Translations under genes and position numbers: made by a program
Shown: piece after piece, positions 23,182-35,700 of the stretch
Layout: every line of letters begins with the position of its first letter
How positions within the stretch are numbered: position 1 is the first letter of the stretch
NCBI GenBank assembly: GCA_030704615.1
Contig: CM060731.1
Location: forward strand, 48,050,001 to 48,114,000
DNA length: 64,000 nucleotides
Direction of reading: 5' to 3'
Origin: Takakia lepidozioides
Taxonomy: Eukaryota > Plantae > Bryophyta
Notes under the pieces: model-generated
Seen by the model: the letters and a program-made list of their open reading frames with translations, nothing else
Database searches by the model: none
What the model was told of the DNA's origin: nothing

Positions 23182-26100
23182 CTATCGTCTCCGTTTTTTC
23201 CTTCCTTTACCAAGTTGCCCGGATTTGAAGGCAGATTCTTGCTCTTGTAAAAATGACATAGCCTTTCGGTACTTTTCATCACGTTCCTCCGCTGCTACAG
23301 TTCTCTCTTTAGCCCTTTCCTCAGCCAAAAAGTAATTATCTTTCCGCAGCTCACGGGCAGCACCCTTGGCCTCTCGCTTTGGCTGCCGCAACAGCTTCTT
23401 TTTCTCTGCTCTCTCGCGATCGGGATCATAGTCCCTCCCTTGCGCAAAACTGTAGGACATGCTTGGGGTCATGAAGTGTTGAAGTGTGCCCAAATATTGT
23501 AAACATAATACAATGAGGTGAAGTCATTCCAGTATGAATGAATAAGGGTCACATATAGAACTTACTTCTCTTCAAACCTCGGATTGAACTGCTTGATAGG
23601 CACAGGCTTGTGCATTCGCATGCGCAAAGGCTGGCGCAACTCATGCTCTTTCATTTTCTCCGTCATTGACTCTGTTACCTGCAAGGTCAAGGTAAGCAAG
23701 CCTTTGGGTAGCACACTCTCCCTTGAGATTGCCTCTACTACTGCACGGATTGGGGAGAACACTTCAGGAAAGGAGACGAGATCTTTGTAGATGCTGACAA
23801 ACCCCTGCAGTGTCTGCAGAACACTCTGTAGGATGCCAATCCTGCACAATAGAGAAAACCAGTTACTCTACTACTTATATACAAGTGCGCCCAGGAAATA
23901 GATACCTCAACATGGTGTAGCCACATGGCATTAAGACTTCTCATCTCACTCCATGAGCGGGAAAAGTACACATGGAGGGAGGGTGCAGCAGAATGTGGCT
24001 GTCTAATATCCCCGAAGGGTCTCCAGGTACTAACCTTTCAGAACATAGTCTGTTCTGGCCTGCAGAGAGCTTTTTATGGGTTTCTTGATGATGCTTGCAC
24101 AGAGGGCACCTTGCACCTTGAAATACTGGAAAGTTGCAGAGGGAAAGGTACACACAAAAAATATAGAGTTTGTCTCATGTAAAGCAAATTTACAGAGCCT
24201 ACTACACACAGCCTGACGGACCCATTGGTGGTTGAAGGATTAAACCCAGGATCACCCTCGTTATGGAAAAGCAAGGCACACAACCCAACCACTCGCTGCC
24301 TGCTCAAGTGTCAACATATTCACCTGAAAGAATCGGACTCAAAAATGGGTGATGAGTCATCTGCTGTGAGCAGGCCAACAAAGTCCAGAGGTTGCAGCTC
24401 CACTGATTTGGACTCTAAATTTGACAGCAGCAGCCATGGCCTTGATGCCACAAACTCTATGAGATATGCAGGACATTCCTGCCAGATAAAGACATACTTC
24501 AGTATGTGATGAAATGCATAGAAGTCCACTAACCCGCTTTTCATCCTTTCATTGGAAAACCTATCACCAATGTGACACTCTTGAAAAACTCTGATCTCAC
24601 ATTTGAGAGGTAACCAAAGTTCAGATAACATAGTAAAGAAGAGCTTTCAAAGCGGAAAACATAGGGAACAGTACAAACATCAAGGAAGTATACTCTTCTA
24701 CGTATTCGATAAATAAGAAGCCGTGAGGAGGTAGTGTGTGCAATCTGGTGGACTAACAAGAGTAAGGTTGGAGGTGGCCTTCGCTGAGTTCTTTGGTAAA
24801 GCCGAGAGTAACAGAGCATGCAAAAAATTGAGAGCTTCTGGACAGAATCTTTGTGCTGGCCTCATAACCTGCAATCACCCAACAAATGAGCACTCCACAC
24901 TTAGATTGACTCCACTAACTCCAGTGCAATTTGAGGAAAGTCTTTAGTCATTTAAAGAAGAAAAGAAGAACTCCATTATATACAAGACTGAAGCCATGAA
25001 TGCCACTCATAATCATTTCCTAATGTGTGTGTGTGAGAGAGAGAGAGAAATGAAATGAAATGGTGCTTTATAACGTCCGCGGAAAGCTCATAGAGCTTAT
25101 GGGACAAAATGGAAGAAAACATGAGAGAGGAACAAATCCAGAACCCAAGAATAAGAACTAATGTTCTAGCGATTGTCTAAGGGTGAAGGCCTCGTGCAGG
25201 TAGGCCGCCAAGCATTTTTTATCCTCATAGTGGAAGACATCAGTGAGAGTTTAGGTCCCACTGAATAAACAGTGGAATCTCCCACGGGTCTCGTAGTATA
25301 GAGGGCAGTAGAAGAAGAAGTGTTCTTCAGTTTCAATTTCCTGGCTGCGCCCTATGCAAGCTGGACATAGGCGGTCCTCCTGTTGCAGGTTTTCCCATCT
25401 GCCAGTCTCTATCCGTAGGTTGTGGGAACCCACCCTGAACCGCCTCAATGCCCTCAGGAGGGAAGGAGATAAGGGTGCTGAAAGGTAAGAGAAATGAAAT
25501 GAAATGAAATGGTGCTTTATAACGTCCGCGGAAAGCTCATAGAGCTTATGGGACAAAATGGAAGAAAACATGAGAGAAAATAGGAAAACCAGAGTCAGAG
25601 AAAAGAACTATTGTTCGAGTGATTGTCTAAGGGTGAAAAAGAGAAATCACCGAAAGAAGAAGGGAGCAGATGAAGGAGCCAACAGCAATATCATGGCCAC
25701 AGTTGATGGGGCATCGCAGCAAGTACTCAGCCATAAGGAGCATGGCAGGTGTCATAACCCCATGCCGAAAATCAGACGGTGGAAATATCATAGACCAAAG
25801 TCTCAGTAATAGCAGCGTTCGCATGGAGGGCCAGCAACTGATGTCCTCTGCGAGAATCACAACAACAAAGAAGCAGTACCATGCTTTCAAGCTTCTTGCA
25901 CTTTTCAGGCTAAAGTTACTGATCCTCAGGCACTCTTCCACCCCTTGAGCTCAACTAAATTCCATGAATCCTTCCCTTGCAAGGACTAGGGCAACCTTAA
26001 CCTAAGTGTCTCATTGAGGTAGGTGAAAAACCCCTTACTGACTTCATGGCAACATAGTTCCCACACAGGACCTGTGATATTAAAAGCATCGATCAACAAT

Positions 26101-29100
26101 AAATGGTCAGCAAGCAAGCCAGCAAGCCCAGCGCCCCCCTTCGAGATTGCCTTCTTGCACCTGAACTTTTTAGCTTTTCAGAAAGTTGGCCCCGCATCCG
26201 GATAATGCGCTGGCGTGCACAGACAGCAGCAAAATAGGGTGTCTCTGCACTCATCTCTATCAATGGCATAACAACTAAGTTGACTCTCCGCATACACAAG
26301 GGCTTTTCACCAGCAAGGGCTGCGAAGTACTGAAGCAACACACTGTAGAAAACCTGTAAAACAAAACCAGATTGAGGTGAGTTTGTTGTAAGGAATCTGT
26401 CACTTGAGTGGCACACTCTGTCAATCAAACTTAAAGAGTTCACAATGCAGACCCTGCCATGTACCATGTCAGCAACAAGAAAGTAAGGAAACACAAGCCA
26501 AACCTGCATTTTTCTTCGATTCTCAGCTGCCAAACTAATTGCGTTACAAGTTCGGATCCTTTGTACTGCAACTGCAAGGTCCTCTACAGATCTATGAGCA
26601 ATCAGCTGCTGAAAGTCCTTCAGTGTCTGTGGGGCATCAATCACATATGGGAGGCTGTCCACATTTTGGACTTCCTCAACAGGAACTTTTGGAGCCCTTT
26701 TTGGGCCTGTTTTTCCCCGCTTTTCCTCATCTGACAAGCCATCTTTTCCCTTCAGCTCTCTGCCAGCCCTTACGGATTTGCTTGCTGAATGGTCATTGTT
26801 CTTGTTGTTTGGCACTTTCCTGGAAAAGTTCTCCGGCACAATATTATCTAGTGCAGCAGCTTCATCATCACTTTGCTCCCACTCATCCTCTGAATAGCTC
26901 TCCTCATCAGAACCCTTATCACTGTCCCCATCCGACTCCTCCTCATCATCAGGCAAATCTTCATCGTCACCGGATTCATCGCCAGAATCCAAGTCACCAC
27001 CTGATTCTTCCTCTTCTTGCTCCTTCCCCCTCTGAGCTAGCACTTCATCCACCCACCCTTTCTCTTGATACTCATCCTCCATCACAAAGTTCTCACCCAA
27101 ATCATCACCAGATATCTCTGGTCCCTTCTTCCTTTTCTGGCGCTGCGAACCTGCATTCTCATCATGGTCACTTCCCTCGCTTGCCTCCTCGTCAGAATCT
27201 GATTGCCCAAGCATCCGTTTCTTACGTTTTTTCTGCAAGAAAGTCGGAGCAGCTCATAAGCTTCTTTGAAAAGACAGTTCTCAGTTCTGACTTTGTAAAA
27301 AAATCTTATTTGCTAGCAGAGTAAAAGGAGCTATATCTCTGGGGTTCCAACATTTGTACCTAGCATAGCAGGTACTCTGCCTACAATAAGCGAAATAGAA
27401 ACACAGAGACAACAATTATGAGCATGAAAATCTCCAAGTGTTTCAGTCTGCCAGACTGATAGGTTACAGCCAGTGACCACATGCAAACTGACACAAACTC
27501 CTTACTTCCAGATCTTCCAAGCGGGTGCGCTCATCTTTGGCGATCTCTTCTGCTGTCTTCTGTCGATCAGAAGCATGTGCTCTCATCTCAAATGTCATCT
27601 CCTTCATCAGCTTGTCATAATCATCAGGCTTCTCCTGTATCCATACCCACACAAAGCCATTGCAAACTTTATGTCACAAACTCTGCAGCAAGGCAACTTC
27701 ATGTCCCTCTCCCCTCTGCCCCTCTCATACACAGGCACCTCACTCCTCTCTAGATCTCTCTCTCACACAGACAATTCCCCTCCATAAACGCTAGGAAAAA
27801 CCGGGAAGTCATTCACCTTCTCAGCACTTGTGTTCTCAGCTATACGGGAGGTACTCTGGGGTGGAGCCTTTGGCCAAAAGAGACTTGAGAGCATTCATCT
27901 TCTGAGGACGCACTAGAGACAGCAATGCCTGTGACTGGGCCAATGCCGTAAACTCGCTGTCCAGCTTCTCCTTCAGGTCTTGATCCTCTTCCTTCTCTTT
28001 CGACTTTTGTGCCTGCATTTGAGCTTGGTTGACCACTTAGTATCATTAAAATCCTCTCGAACTCAATTTCTCTCTCTCTGTGTTGAGACACACCAACCAG
28101 ATCAAATCTATCCAGGAATTGTGCCTGTACCTCTGTTTACTAACTTTGAAAGTCTCGAGGCTGAGCCGAAAGCCCAGGCCCTTCTGAGGCCTAGTTTTTG
28201 GGCAAATCACACACAGCAGATTGATGCTTGTGTGAAGGGATTTCTAGAGGATATCTGGAAAACGCAGATCAATTTTTTGTATCAAGGTAAGTCTTACTAC
28301 CAACGTCAGCCCCTGACAGCAGAGGTAGGTTCTGTCCCTTTCTGTTCCGCTCAAACTGGGCGCGGGGTCAATGGCCACAAGGCTACGGCAAACAACGTCT
28401 TATGAGTACATTCTATTGAGACACACCAACCAGACAAAGCTCCAATTCTAAGTACACATGTCGCATGTGTTGAGACTCTCCATATACAATCAAACACACA
28501 AAGAACATATTTCCAAACAGTAGAAAAAATAAACAACCACATACGTCGGAAGCGTACAGTAGCTTGCCTTGTAAAACTTGCTCTTAGCAATAACTTCCTC
28601 CATTATCTCCTTCTTTGAACGCTGCTGCTGCTCAATCCAGATCCAACATCCGCACAAAATGCATGCACTTAGTACCATTTACTTAGTGAGAACGACCGCA
28701 CCTGATTTAGTTGAGTACATAGAAGGAATATTTTAAGATAAAATTACAAATCTCAAATTTTAGGAGCTGGAATTTGAGATAAGAAGGGCCCCCTCAGCGC
28801 CTCTGAAGTTCTTGTCCTTCCACACATAGTGATAATTTTCTATCTGTCATATGATGTTAGTCATCCTCGAAGTGCTAGTACATACCCCAAGCCCAACCCT
28901 CCGAGATCCCTGAGATCCAGATATGGTTGCAGAGACTGTGTCCAAACAAAAAGCCCACCTTGTGTTCTCCTTCAGCCTCCACATCCTTGCCTTCATTTTT
29001 GCTTGTTAGCCCACCTCCAAAGTGGAGTTCCCTTACCATCTCTGCATCCACTGGAGTTCCACCATTCCTGCTGGTTAATACTAACAACAGATTAAGTGGA

Positions 29101-31355
29101 GTCTCTTCTCCCCCTCTCTGCGTCAAATAGCCGCATCAGACCGATAGTAGGGTAGATGTCCCTTTGGGTGAAACTGGAAGGTAAGTGCTACTGCAGTGAG
29201 CTTTCTGAAATGGTAGTGGGCCCCACTTTTCTCTCCCTGATCCCCTCTCTTCCCATCTTCTGCTCTGTCATAACTGGACGTCGGATCCACAGAGACAAGG
29301 AAACAGCAAGCAAACACTCTCTCTCCTCTCTTTCTCGTAACTTCCTTCCACATCTCCATGTGACAGCACACAAGATGCAAATAAAATTTGGTGAGAGATT
29401 GGTACAGAATCATCAACTGACAGATCAACAGTAAGAGGAAAGACTAGAATGGGTAAGGAATGCGCCAGCTACAAGAAAATCAAAAGATACTGCCTGGAGA
29501 AACAAAGACATACATCCTCGATCATCATCCTCATCTTCTGTTGAGACCTCGAAATCATCCAGTGTTGAGAGAGCAGTGCCCCCGTGCGTAAGGACCTCGG
29601 TCTCCTCCCCATCTCCGTCATCCTGTAAATTAAATTTGCTCTTCCGCTGCATTTGAACCTAAACATCCAGCAGTGACAATATCGTTCCCACCAAAAAAGG
29701 GTCATACCACAGATATATTCGGCATTAAGCACCAGGTCTTGAAGACTAGAGCAGACAATGTCAGAGTTCTGATATGATCATTCAAGAGATCCTAGGCTTT
29801 TAATTAAAGATTTTGAAACCAGTGACATAATTGTCATTGCTATCAGGGTGAAAGATTGGTACCATGCGCTCCCGTTGGAAGCGAAGGATAGCCTTGTCAT
29901 CATCAGCAAGATTCTCATCTTGCTCCCCAAATCGATGGTCTAAAAAAGCATTTGCCTTGCCCCGCTGCTTATACTCCTGCAGCAGTGTCTTCTTTCTCTG
30001 CAGTGGCCAGTCAGTCAGTCAAAATTAGCATTGCATCCAGTAAACACCTCCACCTGGTCAACCACCAACAAAAGATGCAGTTGCATTGCCATTCACCATT
30101 GGTAAACATGGTTATCGTGATGAGTATCCAGTGGAGCAAATGTAAAAGGGCCCACTACTTCATCTCCAATACAGAGGTTGTGACGACTAAGGTTTAATTC
30201 CCCACATCAAACACTTGTAGCAACACATGATGTACCCATTGACCATCCCTGGGACGGTTCGCTACAGAGTGCCTGTCAGCCCAAAAATCAGCCCAAAATT
30301 CCACGTAAACTGACAACCTGACAGTTACAGGAAATTCACGCTGTCCGCGTAAGGGCTGCCATCAACATCGTGCACATCCTAATATCCACTGTTTCAATCT
30401 ACCCTCATATCGATCAAACATATGTAAATGTACTCAGAAGCTTTGTTTGCCGTAGCCTTGTGGCCATAGACCCCGTGCCCAGTTTGGATAGAAACATAGG
30501 CAATAGGCACTACCTTTGTGAGGGGCTCACTCCAGTAGTGTGACTTACCTTGATATGAGCAATTAGTTCAGGCTTTCTAGTGAGGGGCTCACTCCAGTAG
30601 TGTGACTTACCTTGATACAAGGAATTAGTTCGGGCTTTCCAGATTTCCTCTAGAAAGCCCTTCACACAAACATCAATCTGCTGTGAGTGAGCAGCCCAAA
30701 AGTTAGACCCCAACAGGGCCAGGGCTTTAGGCTCAGCCTCGAGATTTTCAAAGTTGGCAAACAGAGGTTCAGGAACCATGTTCTTGATGTTCCTGAAGAG
30801 GGTCACTCTCTGGTGAGAATACCCCGGACAATACATCGGAAAATGAATATTGTCTTCAAGTTGCCAGCGCATGGGTGATTACAATCTCCTTTTTCTCTCT
30901 GCATCTGTTTATTGTTCGAAGGTAGGCTCCCCACCCTGAGTTTGAATTTCAGTCTAGAGCCGAGGGTAGGTAGGCCCTTCAGATCATCCTTAAGGTCCTT
31001 GCCCATGTGACATACTGGAAACAAGGTCAGGGAAGTTTTATGCCTAACTGAACAACATATATAGTGGAATTAACACTGTACTTCACCGTAAGATATACAA
31101 GTATCGAGCAAAGCTCTTGGTGCAACTTACCTTATCAACAGCCGCGGACCGTGACAATCCAGCGCGTCGGCCTTCACCCTTCTGCTTCTTCCCAAGCACA
31201 TCGAACTTGCGCCGGGTCCATAGGGTCTCAAAAACATTGCTGGAATGGACCGGTCCCCCGCGGGAGTTCTTTGTGGTAGCAGATTCCGATGGACCAGAGC
31301 GTGCCTTCTTCTTTGCCACCGCTGCAGGCGCACCTGTCTTCCTCTTCTTTCCCAT
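23182..31355 (-). CDS. NOP14: Nucleolar protein 14 (SSU processome), multi-exon, apparently intact
   Basis: Exon 1 reads NVFETLWTRRKFDVLGKK..GLSRSAAVDK and exon 2 RKKTLLQEY..FLDHRFGE. Further motifs are SKKEIMEEVIAKSKFYK, DDYDKLMKEMTFEMRA, ISGDDLGENF, LPYVIDAP, IRTCNAISLAAENRRKMQ, SDFRHGVMTPA, PIKQFNPRFEE and DYDPDRERAE..KGAARELRKDN..QESAFKSGQL. The splice sites checked are canonical; not every exon was checked. Confidence 0.95.
25052..25639 (-). mobile_element. Two tandem 5'-truncated LINE family B copies (about 25052-25487 and 25496-25639) in a NOP14 intron
   Basis: Encodes the RTE-X-like C-terminus FRVGSHNLRIETGRW..LCPAC..ETEEHFFFYCP, with (CATTT)n tails. AGAGAAAT occurs at 25044, 25488 and 25640. 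Confidence 0.9.
28102..28415 (+). mobile_element. LINE family A 3' fragment with a 19-bp TSD in a NOP14 intron
   Basis: Encodes FTNFESLEAEPKAQALL..NNVL*. TSD TTGAGACACACCAACCAGA lies at 28083-28101 and 28416-28434. Confidence 0.9.
30427..31050 (-). mobile_element. Diverged LINE family A subfamily 3' fragment in NOP14 intron 1
   Basis: Encodes DDLKGLPTLGSRLKFKLRVGSLP and FANFENLEAEPKALALL. It contains an internal duplication of about 62 bp near 30517-30630. Confidence 0.85.
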
Positions 31356-32700
31356 TGCTCTGCTACCGCTGTGCTGATAACCTTCTGATGGTTCGAGCAG
31401 TGCCGCTCAAAACAGCAGGTAACATAAAGCACCTCCCTCTCTATGTCCTTCTTGTGTTATGGATTCTTTCCCACCTTTTCCGCTCTTGACATCCCTCTTC
31501 TCTGCTACCTTCCTCCATTCTTTCCCCCCAAGACCCTTCCCCCACCATCTCCTTCTCCCTCTCTCAAAACCCTGATCATAAACCCTTGCAGAAACCAACC
31601 CTAAAACCCTGGCAAAGGTTGTATCACGGTAACTAACGCATGCCGCCAGACGTTAGCTAACGTATCGGTAGGTACCTCGAGTTGTTTACATAGACTCAGT
31701 TTCTCTTTTGAGTGCGTCTGCGGAAGCGCAGCGATTATGCTAGATGCTAGATTGATCCTTTGGTTCTCGGCTTTCGCTAGATTGTGATTGCTAGACTCCC
31801 AAACCCATAGTTTTCTGATACCATCATGGCATTTTCATGTTCTGGGCAAAGGAAGAATGAAACTATCTCGCAGTCAGAATTCAAGCAGAGCTTGGTAATT
31901 GTCACTCAGTTTCCGTTGGATTATGTAACATTGTATGTTCTTGGAAGAAGGAAGGAAGCAATCGGTTCCAGTCAATGTCTTGCAGTGAGAAATCTAAAGG
32001 GTAAACAACTCGAGCTTCGTGATTCTCATCCCGTGGTACTCAGTTTCTGTTTCACCAGAAGAAGGCCCAGGCATTTGAAGGCGACCAGCAGGAACAGAAG
32101 CTTCCATTGCACTCATGTGTCCACAACTCGAACAGTAATCAAAAGTAAGTTGTCTCTCCTTGATTCAGATTAGTGGAATGACAAAGAGGGAAGCACTTTC
32201 AATGATCCCAATCCATACCAACTGACTGACAAAGGAGTTTTGATGAGTAACCCAAATTTCATTCAATTTGTCCCTTACCCGTATGCAGGGTGAAGCGCAG
32301 GTCCTTTACATTCAACCTCCTCCATTCCATGATCACGTCTGATCTAAAGCGAGAACCGTGATAACTACTTGCTACATCCGCTGCCTATTGCGGGAGGACA
32401 GGAGAAGACCACATGTTCAGGGCTGGTAAGCCCACCTCCGAAAGGGAGCAGTTGCCAAAGGTGTAACTTAGCCGGAGTCTTCTCTCTTCAGGTGGTAAGA
32501 CATTCTTCAAAGAAACTGCCATAGTCTAGAAGTCATAAGTTGGAGATGGACACAGTGTAAGGTGGTACTCTGCAGCTGTTTAACTTAATGGCTGGTCTTG
32601 GGCTGGACCTTGGGTACACTTGGCTGCTTGGGTACATTGCCTTGCATTTGGAGGGAATCCCCAGAACTACCAGGTTTTTGCACACCTGTCTTGCCTGCAA

Positions 32701-35700
32701 TCACCGCTCGTTGGAGATCTTATGCTCTGTCTCATTAGACCCCTTTTGCCCTGTTTCCTTCTCCAAGTTGTAAGGCTTGTAAGTCACAATGAAGTGGAGC
32801 TTTCCGAGATGTTGGGATGGTACAGGAGAGTTGGGATCTTCGTACACATCTCGCCACATCTCTGTGGGCGAGTTCGGTATTAACTGCAGAGGCCAAAACA
32901 TTAGTCAGGAAAGTGACAATGGCCACTACTTTTCTGCAGGCCACAAAGTCAGAACACAAAGTCCATCTGACAAAAAAAAAACGGACAAAGGCTGCTTACC
33001 TCCTTACACCCAGGGTGTTCTTTCCCAAGGAGCTGCTATTACAAAGGACAACTACAGCACTCGCATTTACCTGATTTTCCCCTTTCCAAACCTTGACGTT
33101 CCCCAACCGAATTGGCAAGGGAACACCCTCCCTGATGACATTGTTTGCTTAACATATCCTCCATCACAGACCTACTAAAGTTGACAATCCTTCTTCAGTG
33201 CTGAAGCAATGTTGGGTACCTCAACACTGCGCAAAAGCTAATGAAAGAGTTTGTTTGCAATTTGATAGCACAGACTGTCTCTAAAGGGTACTCCAAACAA
33301 ACAGTAAACTGACAAGAGCTGATTGGATACCTCCCCACTTGCGCCAAAGCTATTGGAAGAGGTTTATTTGCAAATTGATGGCACAGACTCTCTAAAGGGT
33401 ACTCCAAACAATTGGTAAACTGACAAGAGCTGAGGTGCCTGTAAAATTTGTCACCTGTTGTATGTTCGGAACCATTACACTAAGTTTCCAAAAGAAAATT
33501 AACTGTAACTATCACTACCAATCCATAAAGGTTCTTCTAAAAGCTGTGCGAGCTAGTAAGAAGCCACAATCCTGTGGGACCTGTAGTTGGAGGGTTTTCA
33601 CCCACCATACCACAGAGATCAGTCTGGAACTGCTGTAGCACAGAGAGAGATTGTACTCATAAGACGTTGTTTGCCATAGCCTTGTGGCCATTGACCCCGC
33701 GCCCAGTTTGAGCGGGAACAAAAGGGACAGAACCTACCTCTGTCAGGGGCTGACGTTGGTAGTAAGACTTACCTCCATATAAAGAATTAATCCGGGTTTT
33801 CCAGATATCCTCTAGAAATCCCTTCACACAAGCATCAATCTGCTGTGTGTGATTTGCCCAAAAACTAGGCCTCAGGAGGGCCTGGGCTTTTGGCTCAGCC
33901 TCGAGACTTTCAAAGTTGGTAAACAGGGGTACAGGCACAATTCCCTTAATAGATTTGAAGAGAGCGTCTCTTTGGTGAGAGAACCCCGGACAGTGTATCA
34001 GAAAATGAATACTGTCTTCAGATTGCCCACACAACGGGCAATTGCACTCTCCCTTTCCTCTCTGCTTCTGTTTGCTGTTCAAAGGTAGGCTTCCTGCCCT
34101 GAGTTTAAATTTCAGTCTAGTGCCGAGAGTGGGTAGACCCTTGAGGTCATCCAAGATGTCCTCCCCCATCTCACAGATTGGAAACAAGTTCAGGGAAGTT
34201 TTCTGCCTAACTTCATTTTCATCAGACAATCTCATGGCAACAGACATGGCTGAGGACACTACAGCCTCTAAGTCAGATTTATCCAGCAGGGTCAAGACTT
34301 GCGGATCCAGGTCCAGGTCCTCGAGGATCTCTTCTACTCTTTTCTGCCAGGACTTAGCCTGTTTGACAGGGCGGTCCTGTTTCCAAGATATAGAGTCGAT
34401 TAACTTAGGATATCTGGTGTTGGGCATATGTTGCAGCTGAGCCCACCATCTGACCTTGAGTTCATCTCGTCGGGAGCTTAAGGACGGAATGCCAAACTCA
34501 CCCCGAACAGCCACATTGGCTGTTTTGGAGCATGCTGACATACACTCCTTAAGCACCCCCACTTGAATGGATTCTAGAGACTTAGCCTGGTTGGAGTTAT
34601 CAACCATATAGCAGATCCGTACTCCAAGGCAGGTCTAATAACGCGACAAAGCATGGTTTTCTTAACCTCAGTGTTGACCCCTCTGCAGTGGAAAAATTTA
34701 GTGAGCCCCAGAGCTTTGCCCTTGCCAGTTTGAACAACTTTCCGGATATGTGCATCCCAATTACAATTGGAGGAGAACTCAACGCCCAGGTAAGTGTAGG
34801 AAGGGAGGACCGGGATCTCTTGGCTACCCCACTGCCACTTAAGATCACTTCCTCCCTCTCCTCTGTCGTTGAATGCTACCATTGCACATTTGACATTAGC
34901 CTCTAGCCCCCAAAGATCAAAGTATCTCTTCGCGCAATCAATCAACTCCTGGAGATTGGTTGGAGTCTCCCCTATGCCTGCGAAGTCATCCGCAAACATA
35001 AGGGCTGGTATTGTGGTATCACCCACCCTTAACCCAAATCCCTCACTTTCCACATCCTCGAGGAGTTGATTGATGAAAACATTGAAGAGCAGAGGGGAGA
35101 GAGTACATCCTTGAGCTACACCTTGGTCTATGTCAAAGAAGTTGGACTTCTGTCCGTTAACAGTGACACAGCTTTTGGTGTGAGCATACAAGTTGTGGAC
35201 AACTCTCCACATCTTTCCCTTGATCCCACAAGACCAGAGGCGGAACCATAGGCCATCTCTCCACACTGTGTCATAAGCCTTTTTGACATCCAGGAAAAAG
35301 ACATAAGTGGGTTTCCCTTCTTTTTTCCTTCCCTGGATAATCTGGCTTAGAGTGAAGATATGATCCACACAGCCCCTGTTTCGCCGAAAGCCAGCTTGGC
35401 CTTCGTGGAAACAACCTCTAGACTCCAGATCAACCTCGAGACGAGTACTTATAACCCTGCAGAATGTCTTGCCAACAGCATTGAGGAGCGTGATGCCACG
35501 GTAGTTCCCCGGTTCTTCTCTGTCACCCTTCTTGTATAGATTGACAATGACCCTCTGTCGCCAGCGAAAGGGGATCATTTCAGTCTTCCAGATAAGGTTA
35601 AAGAGGAGAACTAGGGCCTCTATCATGGGATCACCACCGTGCTTGATAAGCTCGTTGTCAATACCATCAGGTCCACCAGCTTTATATCCATTTAAATGTT

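Noticed and set aside
26539-27324. 261-aa His/Pro-rich plus-strand ORF
   Set aside because: It is the antisense shadow of the acidic NOP14 exon.
29863-29997. Suspected frameshift in NOP14 exon 2
   Set aside because: A recount gives CAG CGG GGC AAG (QRGK), so the frame is intact.
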